Assembly: GCA_965214975.1 (NCBI GenBank) | Contig: OZ244055.1 | Location: forward strand, 523,314-587,313 | Origin: Alphaproteobacteria bacterium | Lineage (GTDB): Bacteria; Pseudomonadota; Alphaproteobacteria; MPNO01; UBA830 | Direction of reading: 5' to 3' | DNA length: 64,000 nt | Shown: one piece after another, positions 1-10,600 of the stretch | Position numbering within the stretch: position 1 is the first letter of the stretch | Layout of the letters: every line of letters begins with the position of its first letter | Notes under the pieces: generated by a model | Told to the model about the DNA's origin: nothing | The model's database searches: none | The model's input: the letters and a program-made list of their open reading frames with translations, nothing else | Made by a program: the position numbers and the translations under genes

Positions 1-1463
1 CCTGGACCGCGCCGGCCGGGCTCCTGCCGTTCGAGGAGGCCGGGCCGTTCGCCGGTCTCGAGCCGGCCGGCGACGTGCGCGTCCGCCGCCAGGTTCTCGC
101 CGAGCCCGCGCTCGACCTGAACCGCAAGACATGGGCCCGGCTGTCCGACGGGACGCCGCTGGTGACCGCGGAGCGGCGCGGCCGCGGCTGGCTGGCGCTG
201 GTCCACACGACCGCCAACACCGACTGGTCGAACCTGCCGATCTCGGGGCTGTTCGTGGCGATGCTCCGGCGCCTCGTCGACATGAGCGCCGGCGTGGCGG
301 GCGAGGGCGCGGAGGGCGCGCTCCCGCCGTTCCGGACGCTCGACGGGTTCGGCCGGCTCGGGGCGCCGCCGCCGGACGTCCCGAGCGCGCCGGCGCGGGG
401 GTTCGCGGACCTGAAACCCTCGCCGGCGACCCCGCCCGGCTACTACGGCAGCGAAACCTCGCGGCGCGCGCTCAACCTCGCGGCGGCCGCCGCGAGGCTG
501 GCGCCGATCGGGGATCTGCCCGCGGGCGTCGAGCGGCGGGACTTCGTCCGCGCCGCGGCCGCCGATCTCAAGCCCTGGCTGCTGCTCGCGGCGTTCGCGC
601 TGCTGCTCGCGGATCTCGCGGTCAGCCTCGCCCTTCGGGGGCTGGCGCCGCGCGTCCGCGGGGCCGCGGCCGCGGGCCTGCTCGCCGGCGCGGCGCTGGC
701 GGCCGGCGCGCCGGCTCCCGCCGGGGCCCAGACCGCCGGGCAGGGCGCGGCGCCCGACGCGCGCGCTCTCGAGGCGACGCTGTCGACCCGCCTCGCCTAT
801 GTCGAGACAGGCGACCGGGCGCTCGACGAGATGACGAGGGCCGGGATGCGCGGGCTCGGAAGGGTGCTCGGGCGCCGGACGGCGATCGAGCCCGGCGCCG
901 CGATCGGGGTGGACATCGAGACCGACGAGCTGGCGTTCCATCCGCTCCTCTACTGGGCGGTCTCGCCGCGCCAGCGGCTGCCGTCGGAGCGCGCCCGGCG
1001 CCAGCTCGACCGCTATCTCAGGACCGGCGGAACCATCCTCTTCGACACCCGCGCGCGGGGCGGCATCGGCTCGGGAGCGGCGGGTCTCCACCTCCGCAGG
1101 CTTCTCGGGGGGCTGGACGTTCCGGCGCTGACGCAGCTGCCGCCGGATCACGTCCTGACCAGATCCTTCTACCTGCTGAGCGAGTTTCCCGGGCGCTGGG
1201 CCGGCGGCCCGATCTGGGTCGAGCGCCGGGGCGGCCGCCACAACGACGGCGTGTCCTCGGTGGTCATCGGAACCAACGACTGGGCGGGCGCCTGGGCGGT
1301 CGACGAGGCCGGCCGTCCGCTCGCGGCCGTCGTTCCCGACGGCGAGCGCCAGCGCGAGCTGGCCTACCGGTTCGGCGTCAACTGGGTGATGTACGCGCTC
1401 ACCGGCAACTACAAGACGGACCAGGTCCACGTCCCGGCCCTCATGGAACGCCTGGGGCAGTAG
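1..1463 (+). CDS. DUF4159-domain membrane protein (BatA-like family), 5' end outside window
   Basis: The frame is open from the window edge. C-terminal motifs LxFHPLLYW, GGTILFDTR, HVLTRSFYLL and FGVNWVMYALTGNYKTDQVH are typical of DUF4159. Confidence 0.85.
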   Translation, partial: WTAPAGLLPFEEAGPFAGLEPAGDVRVRRQVLAEPALDLNRKTWARLSDGTPLVTAERRGRGWLALVHTTANTDWSNLPISGLFVAMLRRLVDMSAGVAGEGAEGALPPFRTLDGFGRLGAPPPDVPSAPARGFADLKPSPATPPGYYGSETSRRALNLAAAAARLAPIGDLPAGVERRDFVRAAAADLKPWLLLAAFALLLADLAVSLALRGLAPRVRGAAAAGLLAGAALAAGAPAPAGAQTAGQGAAPDARALEATLSTRLAYVETGDRALDEMTRAGMRGLGRVLGRRTAIEPGAAIGVDIETDELAFHPLLYWAVSPRQRLPSERARRQLDRYLRTGGTILFDTRARGGIGSGAAGLHLRRLLGGLDVPALTQLPPDHVLTRSFYLLSEFPGRWAGGPIWVERRGGRHNDGVSSVVIGTNDWAGAWAVDEAGRPLAAVVPDGERQRELAYRFGVNWVMYALTGNYKTDQVHVPALMERLGQ

Positions 1464-1464
1464 G

Positions 1465-3501
1465 ATGCTGCACGTCGCCTTCGCCCCGCCGTTTTCCTGG
1501 GCGGTCCTCGGCGCTCTCGCCGCGGCCGCGCTCCTGCTCGGCGGATACGCCCTGTGGCGCCGCGCCCGCGGCGCCGCCTGGCGCCTCGCGGCGGCCGGGA
1601 TCCTGCTGGCCGCGCTGGCCAATCCGGTCCTGATCGAGGAGGAGCGGGTCGCCAACGACGACGTCGCCGTCGTGGTCGTCGACGAAAGCCGGTCGCAGGG
1701 CCTCGGCGCGCGCGCGGCCCGCGCCGAGGCCGCGCTCGCGGAGCTCGGGGCGAGGCTGGAGCGCCTGCCCGGAGTCGAGACCCGGACCGTCCGCGCCGGC
1801 GGCGACCGGGGGCGGGACGGCACCCACCTCTTCGACGCGCTGCGGCGGACGATGGCGGACGTGCCGCGAAACCGCGTCGGGGCGACCTTTCTCGTCACCG
1901 ACGGCCAGGTTCACGACGTCCCCGAGGCGGACGGGGATCCGGCGGCGACCGGTCCGGTCCACGTCCTTCTGACCGGGGAGCCGGGAGAGCGCGACCGCCG
2001 GCTGTCGATCGACGACGCCCCGCGGTTCGGACTCGTCGGAAAGACCGTCGAGATCGTCTTCACCGTCCACGACCGGCGGGACGGCGCCGCGCGGGTCACT
2101 CTCTCGCGCGACGGCGCGGAGGGACGGACCCTCGAGGTGCCCGTCGGGCGCCGGTTCAGCGTGCCGGTCGTGCTCGGTCACGCGGGCGCGAACATCGTGC
2201 AGATCGAGGCCGCGCCCGCCGCCGGCGAGATCTTCGACGGCAACAACCGCGCCGTGGTGCAGATCAACGGCGTTCGCGAGCGGCTCCGCGTCCTGCTGGT
2301 TTCCGGCGAGCCCCATGCCGGGGAGCGGGTGTGGAGGAACTTCCTCAAGGCCGACCCTTCCGTCGACCTGGTGCACTTCACCATCCTGCGCCCTCCGGAA
2401 AAGCAGGATTCCACCCCGGTGAGGGAGCTCGCGCTGATCGCGTTTCCGGTCCGGGAGCTCTTCGAGGAGAAGATCGGGGAGTTCGACCTGATCATCTTCG
2501 ACAGGTACCGCCGCCGGGGCATCCTTCCCGGCATCTATCTGGAGAACATCGTCCGCTACGTGCGCAACGGCGGCGCCGTGCTCGACGCCGCCGGGCCGGA
2601 CTTCGCCTCGCAGTTCAGCCTGCACCGCACGGCGCTCGGCGACGTCCTGCCCGGCCGGCCCTCGGGCGGCGTGATCGAGCGCGGTCTGCGGCCGCGCATC
2701 ACGGAGTACGGCCGGCGCCATCCGGTGACCGCGGACCTGGCCGGGTCCGACGGGCCGCGCTGGGGCCGCTGGTTCCGCCAGGTCGCGGCGGTGGCCGGCC
2801 GCGGGGAGGTGCTGATGAGCGGCGTGGGAAACGCGCCGCTGCTGGTCCTCGACCGCGTCGGCGAGGGCCGGGTGGCGCAGCTTCTGAGCGACCACATCTG
2901 GCTCTGGGCGCGGGGCTTCGAGGGGGGCGGCCCGCATTCGGAGATCCTGCGCCGCCTCGCGCACTGGCTCATGAAGGAGCCGAGCCTCGAGGAAGAGACG
3001 GTCAGCGCGCGGGTCGAGGGCGACGAACTCGTGATCGGCAGCCGGAGCGCGTCGGACGACCACCGCGCCATCGCCGTGACCGCGCCTTCCGGCGCCGTCC
3101 GCACCGTCGTTCCGGAGCCGGAAGCCGGCGGGCGGGCGCGGGCGACGCTGCCGGTCGACGAGATCGGGATCCACCGCCTCGACAACGGCCGGCACCGCGC
3201 GGCGGTCGCCGTCGGAAACCCCGACCCGAGGGAGTTCGCCGACATGCGCGCGAGTCCGGAGCCGCTGTCGCGGCTGCGCGCCGCAACGGGCGGCGGCCTG
3301 CGATGGCTTGGCGACGGGGTGCCGGATCTGCGCAGAACCCGCCCCGGCCGGAAAGCGTCGGGCCTCGGGTGGATGGGGGTCGTCGCGAACCGCGACCACC
3401 GCGTCTCCAGCGTGCGCGAGACTCCGCTTCTGCCGCCGTTGCTGGTCCTGTTCCTCGGTTTGGGAACCCTGGTCTGGGCCTGGCACCGCGAAGGCCGGTG
3501 A
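1465..3501 (+). CDS. Membrane protein with class I glutamine-amidotransferase-like domain (partner of the DUF4159 gene)
   Basis: N- and C-terminal TM helices; motifs VVDESxSQ, LRVLLVSGEPHAGERVWRNFLKADPSVDLVHFTILRPP and LRRLAHWLMKEP; starts 1 nt after the upstream stop. Confidence 0.8.
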   Translation: MLHVAFAPPFSWAVLGALAAAALLLGGYALWRRARGAAWRLAAAGILLAALANPVLIEEERVANDDVAVVVVDESRSQGLGARAARAEAALAELGARLERLPGVETRTVRAGGDRGRDGTHLFDALRRTMADVPRNRVGATFLVTDGQVHDVPEADGDPAATGPVHVLLTGEPGERDRRLSIDDAPRFGLVGKTVEIVFTVHDRRDGAARVTLSRDGAEGRTLEVPVGRRFSVPVVLGHAGANIVQIEAAPAAGEIFDGNNRAVVQINGVRERLRVLLVSGEPHAGERVWRNFLKADPSVDLVHFTILRPPEKQDSTPVRELALIAFPVRELFEEKIGEFDLIIFDRYRRRGILPGIYLENIVRYVRNGGAVLDAAGPDFASQFSLHRTALGDVLPGRPSGGVIERGLRPRITEYGRRHPVTADLAGSDGPRWGRWFRQVAAVAGRGEVLMSGVGNAPLLVLDRVGEGRVAQLLSDHIWLWARGFEGGGPHSEILRRLAHWLMKEPSLEEETVSARVEGDELVIGSRSASDDHRAIAVTAPSGAVRTVVPEPEAGGRARATLPVDEIGIHRLDNGRHRAAVAVGNPDPREFADMRASPEPLSRLRAATGGGLRWLGDGVPDLRRTRPGRKASGLGWMGVVANRDHRVSSVRETPLLPPLLVLFLGLGTLVWAWHREGR

Positions 3502-3559
3502 CCGCCGCGCCCGTCGCCGCCGGCGGCCGGGAGGCGGAACGACGCGAAGGCCGCGAGCG

Positions 3560-3880
3560 CGCCCGGCATCGGCGGCCCGTCGCCGGGAGACCTCGAGGCT
3601 GTCCGCAGACCTCCGCTTCGCGGGACAGGGTGCGCGACGTCGCCGGTCTGCACGCGGCTCCGCCGCGGCACGCCGCGGTTCCGTGCGTGGACGGGAGACC
3701 CCCGGATCCCCGACCGCGCCCGGCCGCCGCACCGGCGCCCACGAGCGCAACCCGCGGCCCTGCTGTCCGCGACCCGCGACGCCGCCATCCGGGAGGTCTT
3801 CGGCAAGCGCTTCCGTCGCCGCCGAAGCCGGGAGTTCCGCGGTTTCCCGGACCATGTCGAGGCCGTCGCGTTCGAGGATC
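3560..3880 (+). pseudogene. Degenerate IS630-family transposase remnant
   Basis: Stitching frames gives RRETSRLSADLRF / RVRDVAGLHAAPPRHAAVPCVDG / RRTGAHERN / REVFGKRFRRRRSREFRGFPDHVEA. These resemble the IS630 segments TFKLSxDPxF-KVRDIVGLY-PP-AxVLCVDEK-RRTHDY-VIGKCxRRHRxxEF. There are multiple frameshifts. Confidence 0.6.
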
Positions 3881-4317
3881 CCCCCGGCCTCCGGGCCGCT
3901 TCCCCGTGCGCGGGTCTCTTCGCGCCTCGTCCGGCGGATCGCTTCCGGTGCCCGTGTCCGGGCCATGGGGCGCCTGCCCGGTGCCCATCGGGCCGGAAAA
4001 CCCGTGCGCCGCCGCACCGGACGGATGGTCCGCTCCCGACAAGGCCCTCCACGGGTATCGACACGCCGTCGGAATCGGGTACCATGCGCGCCGGCACGAG
4101 ACGCATCGACCCGCTTCGCAACCCGGTTCGTGTTCCGCGGACACCGGCGCGGAACGGGGTCCGGCACCCGGGAGAAAGCCGCCTTGGACGCCCCGGCCCG
4201 ACTCTCCTCATCCACCGCCATCGCGGCGCGGGTGCGCGGGCGGTGGCCGTCGCCGGTGCGGCGCCGGCACGGGCTCGCGGGAAGTCCGGCCGCTCCCTTT
4301 CCCCGACGCTGGTCGCT

Positions 4318-4382
4318 CCCCCCCCCCCCCCAGACACCAGCCACTAGCCTCCTCTCCCCCGCCCCCCCCCCCCCCAGACACC
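4318..4382. repeat. Twin C14 homopolymer tracts, each followed by AGACACC (44-bp period)
   Basis: C runs at 4318-4331 and 4362-4375, read directly from the sequence. Confidence 0.9.
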
Positions 4383-4548
4383 GGTCGACGGGTTCCCCGC
4401 CGTTCTCCCCGGCCGGGTCCGGGGGAGCGTCGCCCGTCCCCGGGCAACGTCCTGGGGGATTCGGGATGACGGGGGCCGGCATCGGCAGGACGCGCGGGCG
4501 GGTTCGTCGAACCGCGGGACAGCGATTCCCGCCTCGGCGGCCCTCCGG

Positions 4549-4584
4549 CGCTGGTGGACGGGATCCCGCCGGTGGACGGGATTG
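4549..4584. repeat. 18-bp tandem direct repeat upstream of the adhesin gene
   Basis: cgctggtggacgggatcc followed by cgccggtggacgggattg. Confidence 0.75.
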
Positions 4585-4659
4585 CGCCGCATGGCCGCGG
4601 TTCCCGGCAACTTGGCCGGAGTCCGGGCGTCGTCCCCGAGGCGCCGGGACCGGAGCGCC

Positions 4660-7600
4660 ATGACGGCTCGAAACGGCGCCGCGCCGCATCGGCGGCTGGC
4701 GCCGGCGGCCTGCGTGCTGCTGGCGCTCGCCGGCCTGGCGCCGGCATCGGCCCAGGCGCAGGTCGACGACTACATCAGCAACTTGAAAACCTTCACGCTA
4801 GACTCCACCGAGGATGGGAACGAAATCACCACCTCCCGTCATTTTTCGCAGGAGTTTCGCACGGGAAGCCGGAGCGGCGGCTACCCGCTTTCGGAAGTCG
4901 TACTGGGCCTCACATACATCGGCACCGGAGCGGTCGAGGTGACGATCAGGGAGAATTTGGTCGACGCTAATGAGCGCAACGTTCCCGGCACAACCCGCTA
5001 CACGCTGACCAGCCCCTCTCCCCTGAGCGCGGGCCGGAACACCTTCACGGCACCGCCCAATGCCACGCTCGAGGCCGACACCGCCTACCACATCGTGGCG
5101 GAGTCGACCAGTGGCAGCGCAGCGCGCTGGATCAACATCTTCAGTCACCGCTACGCGTTGATTGACAACGCGGGGGGCTGGGATATCAATTTCGACTATC
5201 TGAGGAAATCCGGCCAAGCCGCGTGGAGCCCAGTGAGATCAGATAGAGCACTCGCGGCCGCGGTCCGGGGCGACGACGACTCGCCGACGACCGGCTCGGT
5301 CGCGGTCACGGGCACGGCGGCGGAAGGCGGGACGCTGACGGCGGACACGTCGGGTCTCACGGACGCGGACGGCCTGGACAGCGCGGCCTACGCCTGGCAG
5401 TGGGTGCGGACGCCGGCCGGCGGCGGCGACGAGGACATTTCGGGCGCGACCTCGCGGACCTACGTGCCGGTGTACGCGGACGCGGGCGCGACGCTGAAGG
5501 TCCGGGTGGCGGTCACCGACGACAAGGGCCACGAGGAGACCTTCGAGAGCGCCCCGACCCCGGCGGTGGCGGCGGCAGCGCGACCCTCGGTGACGGTTGC
5601 CTCCGACGGCGACGTGACGGAGGGCGGTGCCGCGGTGTTCACGCTGACGCGCACGGGCGACACGGCGGAGGAGCTGGACGTGGCCCACTCGGTGACGGCC
5701 ACCGGGGACTTCGGCGTCACGACGGGCGCGGGCACGGCGACGTTCCCGGCGAACAACGCCACGGTGCGGGTGTCGGTGGCCACGACGGGCGACGGCGCCC
5801 ACGAGGCGCACGGCTCGGTGACGGTGGCGCTGACGGCGGACACGGGCGCCGATCCCGCCTACCTGCTCGGCGACCCGGCGGCGGCGACGGCGGCGGTGGA
5901 AGACGACGACGACTCGCCGGCGACCGGCTCGGTCGCGGTCACGGGCACGCCGACGGAAGGCGGGACGCTGACGGCGGACACGTCGGGCCTCACGGACGGG
6001 GACGGCCTGGCCAACGCGGCCTGGGCCTACCAGTGGGTCCGGACACCGCCCGGCGGCGGTGACGCGGACATCTCCGGCGCAACCTCGCGGACCTACGTGC
6101 CGGTGTACGCGGACGCGGGCGCGACGCTGAAGGTCCGGGTGACGGTCACCGACGACGAGAACCACGAGGCGAGTTTCGCGAGTGCCCCAACCCCGCCGGT
6201 GGCGGCGCTGCCGCGGCCCTCGGTGACGGTGGCCTCGGCCGGCAACGTGACGGAGGGCAGCCCCGCCGTGTTCACGCTGACGCGCACGGGCGACACGGGA
6301 CAGCCGCTGGACGTGGCCTACGAGGTCGCCGCCGCCGGGGACTTCGGCGTCACGCCGTTCTCGGGCACGGCGACGTTCCCGGCGAACGGCTCCGCGGTGC
6401 AGGTGAGCGTGGCCACGACGGGCGACGGCGCCCACGAGGCGCACGGCTCGGTGACGGTGGCGCTGACGGCGGACACGGGCGCCGATCCCGCCTACCTGCT
6501 CGGCGCCCCGGCGGCGGCGACGGCGGCGGTGGGAGACGACGACGACTCTCCGGCGACCGGCTCGGTGACGGTCACGGGCACGGCGAGGGAAGGCCAGACG
6601 CTGACCGCGGACACGTCGGGCCTCGCCGACGGGGACGGCCTGGCCAACGCTTCCCACGTCTGGCAGTGGGTGCGGACGCCGGCTGGCGGCAGTGACGCGG
6701 ACATCTCCGGCGCGACCTCGAAGACCTACAGCCTGAACACCCTGGACGTGGGGGCGACGCTCAAGGTGCGGGTGACGGTCACCGACGACGAGGGCCACGA
6801 GGCGACCTTCACGAGTGCGCCGACGGCGGCGGTGGCGGCGCTGCCCGAGGTGTCCGTCATGCACGGCGACAGTCCCATCACCGAGGGAGGAGTCGCGACT
6901 TTCACGTTCACCCTGTCGAAGACAATCGGGGATATACCGTTGCGTGTGAATATCAGAAGAACGGAAACAGGCAACATGATGTTCCCGAACAATTTGGGGA
7001 GGTCGGTTGTAGTGTTTGGTCCCAACCAGACAACCTTGACAGTGAGTTACCCGACGGTAGCTGACGACACGACCGAGCCGAACAGCACGGTGACCGTGGA
7101 GGTTCTTGAACGTAACTACTACAAGCCGGGCACGCCCTCCATGGCCAGTGTCGAGGTGCGGGACGACGACGACTCGCCGGCGACCGGGACGGTCACGGTC
7201 ACGGGCACGCCGGCGGAAGGCGGGACGCTGACGGCGGACACGTCGGGTCTCACGGACGCGGACGGCCTGGACAACGCGGCCTACGCCTGGCAGTGGGTGC
7301 GGACGCCGGCCGGCGGCGGCGACGCGGACATCTCGGGCGCGACCTCGCGGACCTACGTGCCGGTGTACGCGGACGCGGGGGCGACGCTCAAGGTGCGGGT
7401 GACGGTCACCGACGACGAGGGCCACGAGGCGACGTTCACGAGCGCCCCGACCCCGCCGGTGGCGGCGGCAGCGCGACCCTCGGTGACGGTTGCCTCCGAC
7501 GGCGACGTGACGGAGGGCGGTGCCGCGGTGTTCACGCTGACGCGCACGGGCGACACGGCGGAGGAGCTGGACGTGGCCCACTCGGTGACGGCCACCGGGG

Positions 7601-10600
7601 ACTTCGGCGTCACGACGGGCGCGGGCACGGCGACGTTCCCGGCGAACAACGCCACGGTGCGGGTGTCGGTGGCCACGACGGGCGACGGCGCCCACGAGGC
7701 GCACGGCTCGGTGACGGTGGCGCTGACGGCGGACACGGGCGCCGATCCCGCCTACCTGCTCGGCGACCCGGCGGCGGCGACGGCGGCGGTGGAAGACGAC
7801 GACGACTCGCCGGCGACCGGCTCGGTCGCGGTCACGGGCACGGCGGCGGAAGGCGGGACGCTGACGGCGGACACGTCGGGTCTCACCGACGCGGACGGCT
7901 TGGCCAACGCGGCCTACGCCTGGCAGTGGGTGCGGACGCCGGCCGGCGGCGGTGACGAGGACATCTCGGGCGCGACCTCGCGGACCTACGTGCCGGTGTA
8001 CGCGGACGCGGGGGCGACGCTCAAGGTGCGGGTGACGGTCACCGACGACGAGGGCCACGAGGCGACGTTCACGAGCGCCCCGACCCCGCCGGTGGCGGCG
8101 GCAGCGCGACCCTCGGTGACGGTTGCCTCCGACGGCGACGTGACGGAGGGCGGTGCCGCGGTGTTCACGCTGACGCGCACGGGCGACACGGCGGAGGAGC
8201 TGGACGTGGCCCACTCGGTGACGGCCACCGGGGACTTCGGCGTCACGACGGGCGCGGGCACGGCGACGTTCCCGGCGAACAACGCCACGGTGCGGGTGTC
8301 GGTGGCCACGACGGGCGACGGCGCCCACGAGGCGCACGGCTCGGTGACGGTGGCGCTGACGGCGGACACGGGCGCCGATCCCGCCTACCTGCTCGGCGAC
8401 CCGGCGGCGGCGACGGCGGCGGTGGAGGACGACGACGACTCGCCGGCGACCGGCTCGGTCGCGGTCACGGGCACGGCGGCGGAAGGCGGGACGCTGACGG
8501 CGGACACGTCGGGTCTCACGGACGCGGACGGCCTGGACAACGCGGCCTACGCCTGGCAGTGGGTGCGGACGCCGGCCGGCGGCAGTGACGAGGACATCTC
8601 GGGCGCGACCTCGCGGACCTACGTGCCGGTGTACGCGGACGCGGGCGCGACGCTGAAGGTCCGGGTGGCGGTCACCGACGACGAGGGCCACGAGGCGACC
8701 TTCGAGAGCGCCCCGACCCCGCCGGTGGCGGCGGCAGCGCGACCCTCGGTGACGGTTGCCTCCGACGGCGACGTGACGGAGGGCGGTGCCGCGGTGTTCA
8801 CGCTGACGCGCACGGGCGACACGGCGGAGGAGCTGGACGTGGCCCACTCGGTGACGGCCACCGGGGACTTCGGCATCACGACGGGCGCGGGCACGGCGAC
8901 CTTCCCGGCGAACGGCGCCACGGTGCGGGTGTCGGTGGCCACGACGGGCGACGGCGCCCACGAGGCGCACGGCTCGGTGACGGTGGCGCTGACGGCGGAC
9001 ACGGGCGCCGATCCCGCCTACCTGCTCGGCGACCCGGCGGCGGCGACGGCGGCGGTGGAAGACGACGACGACTCGCCGGCGACCGGCTCGGTCGCGGTCA
9101 CGGGCACGGCGGCGGAAGGCGGGACGCTGACCGCGGACACGTCGGGTCTCACGGACGCGGACGGCCTGGACAACGCGGCGTACGTCTACCAGTGGGTGCG
9201 GACGCCGGCCGGCGGCAGTGACGAGGACATCTCGGGTGCGACCTCGCGGACCTACGTGCCGGTGTACGGGGACGCGGGCGCGACGCTGAAGGTCCGGGTG
9301 GCGGTCACCGACGACGAGGGCCACGAGGCGACGTTCACGAGCGCCCCGACCCCGCCGGTGGCGGTGGCGACGCGGCCGTCGGTGACGGTGGTCTCGGACG
9401 GCGACGTGACGGAGGGCGGCGCCGCGGTGTTCACGGTGACGCGCACGGGCGACACGGCGCGGACGCTGGACGTGGACTACGAGGTCACCGCCTCCGGAGA
9501 CTTCGGGGTCACGGCCTTCGAGGCCACGCTCGCCTTCCTGGCGAACAGCGCCGCGGTGCAGTTGAGCGTGCCCACGACGGGCGACGGCACCCACGAGGCG
9601 CACGGCTCGGTGACGCTTGCGCTGACGGCGGACACGTCCGCCGCTCCCGCCTACCTGCTCGGCGACCCGGCGGCGGCGACGGCGGCGGTGGAGGACGACG
9701 ACGACTCGCCGACGACCGGGGCGGTCACGGTCACGGGCACGGCGAGGGAGGGCGAGACGCTGACGGCGGACACGTCGGGCCTCGCCGACGGGGACGGCCT
9801 GGACAGCGCGGCCCACGCCTGGCAGTGGGTGCGGACGCCGTCGGGCGGCGGCGACGCGGACATTTCCGGCGCGACCTCGCGGACCTACGTGCCGGTGTTC
9901 GCGGACGCGGGCGCGACGCTCAAGGTGCGGGTGACGGTCACCGACGACGAGGGCCACGAGGCGACGTTCACGAGCGTCCCGACGGCGGCGGTGGCGGCGC
10001 GGCCGCGGCCCGAGGTCACGGTGGCCTCGGACGGCGACGTGACGGAGGGCAGCCCCGCCGCGTTCACGCTGACGCGCACGGGCGCCACGACGAAGAAGCT
10101 GGGCGTGGCCTACGAGGTCACCGCCACCGGAGCCTTCGGCGCCGCGACGGGCGCGGGCACGGCGACCTTCCCGGCGAACGGCGCCACGGTGCGGGTGTCG
10201 GTGGCCACGACGGGCGACGGCGCCCACGAGGCGCACGGCTCGGTGACGGTGGCGCTGACGGCGGACACGGGCGCCGATCCCGCCTACCTGCCCGGCGACC
10301 CGGCGGCGGCGACGGCGGCGGTCCGGGACGACGACAACGTGGCGCCGACCGGCGCGCCGACGATCGACGACACGACCCCGGTGGTCGGCCAGACGCTGAC
10401 GGCGGATGCGTCGGGCATCGGCGACGCGGACGGGACGGCGGGCGCGACCTACGCCTGGCGGTGGCTCCGGGTGGCGACGGGCGGCGGCGAGACGGAGGTC
10501 GGCACCGGGGCGACGTATGCGGTGGTCGCCGGCGACGCGGGGTCGACGCTGAAGGTGGAGGCGCGCTTCACCGACGACGGCGGGACCGGGGAGACGGTCG

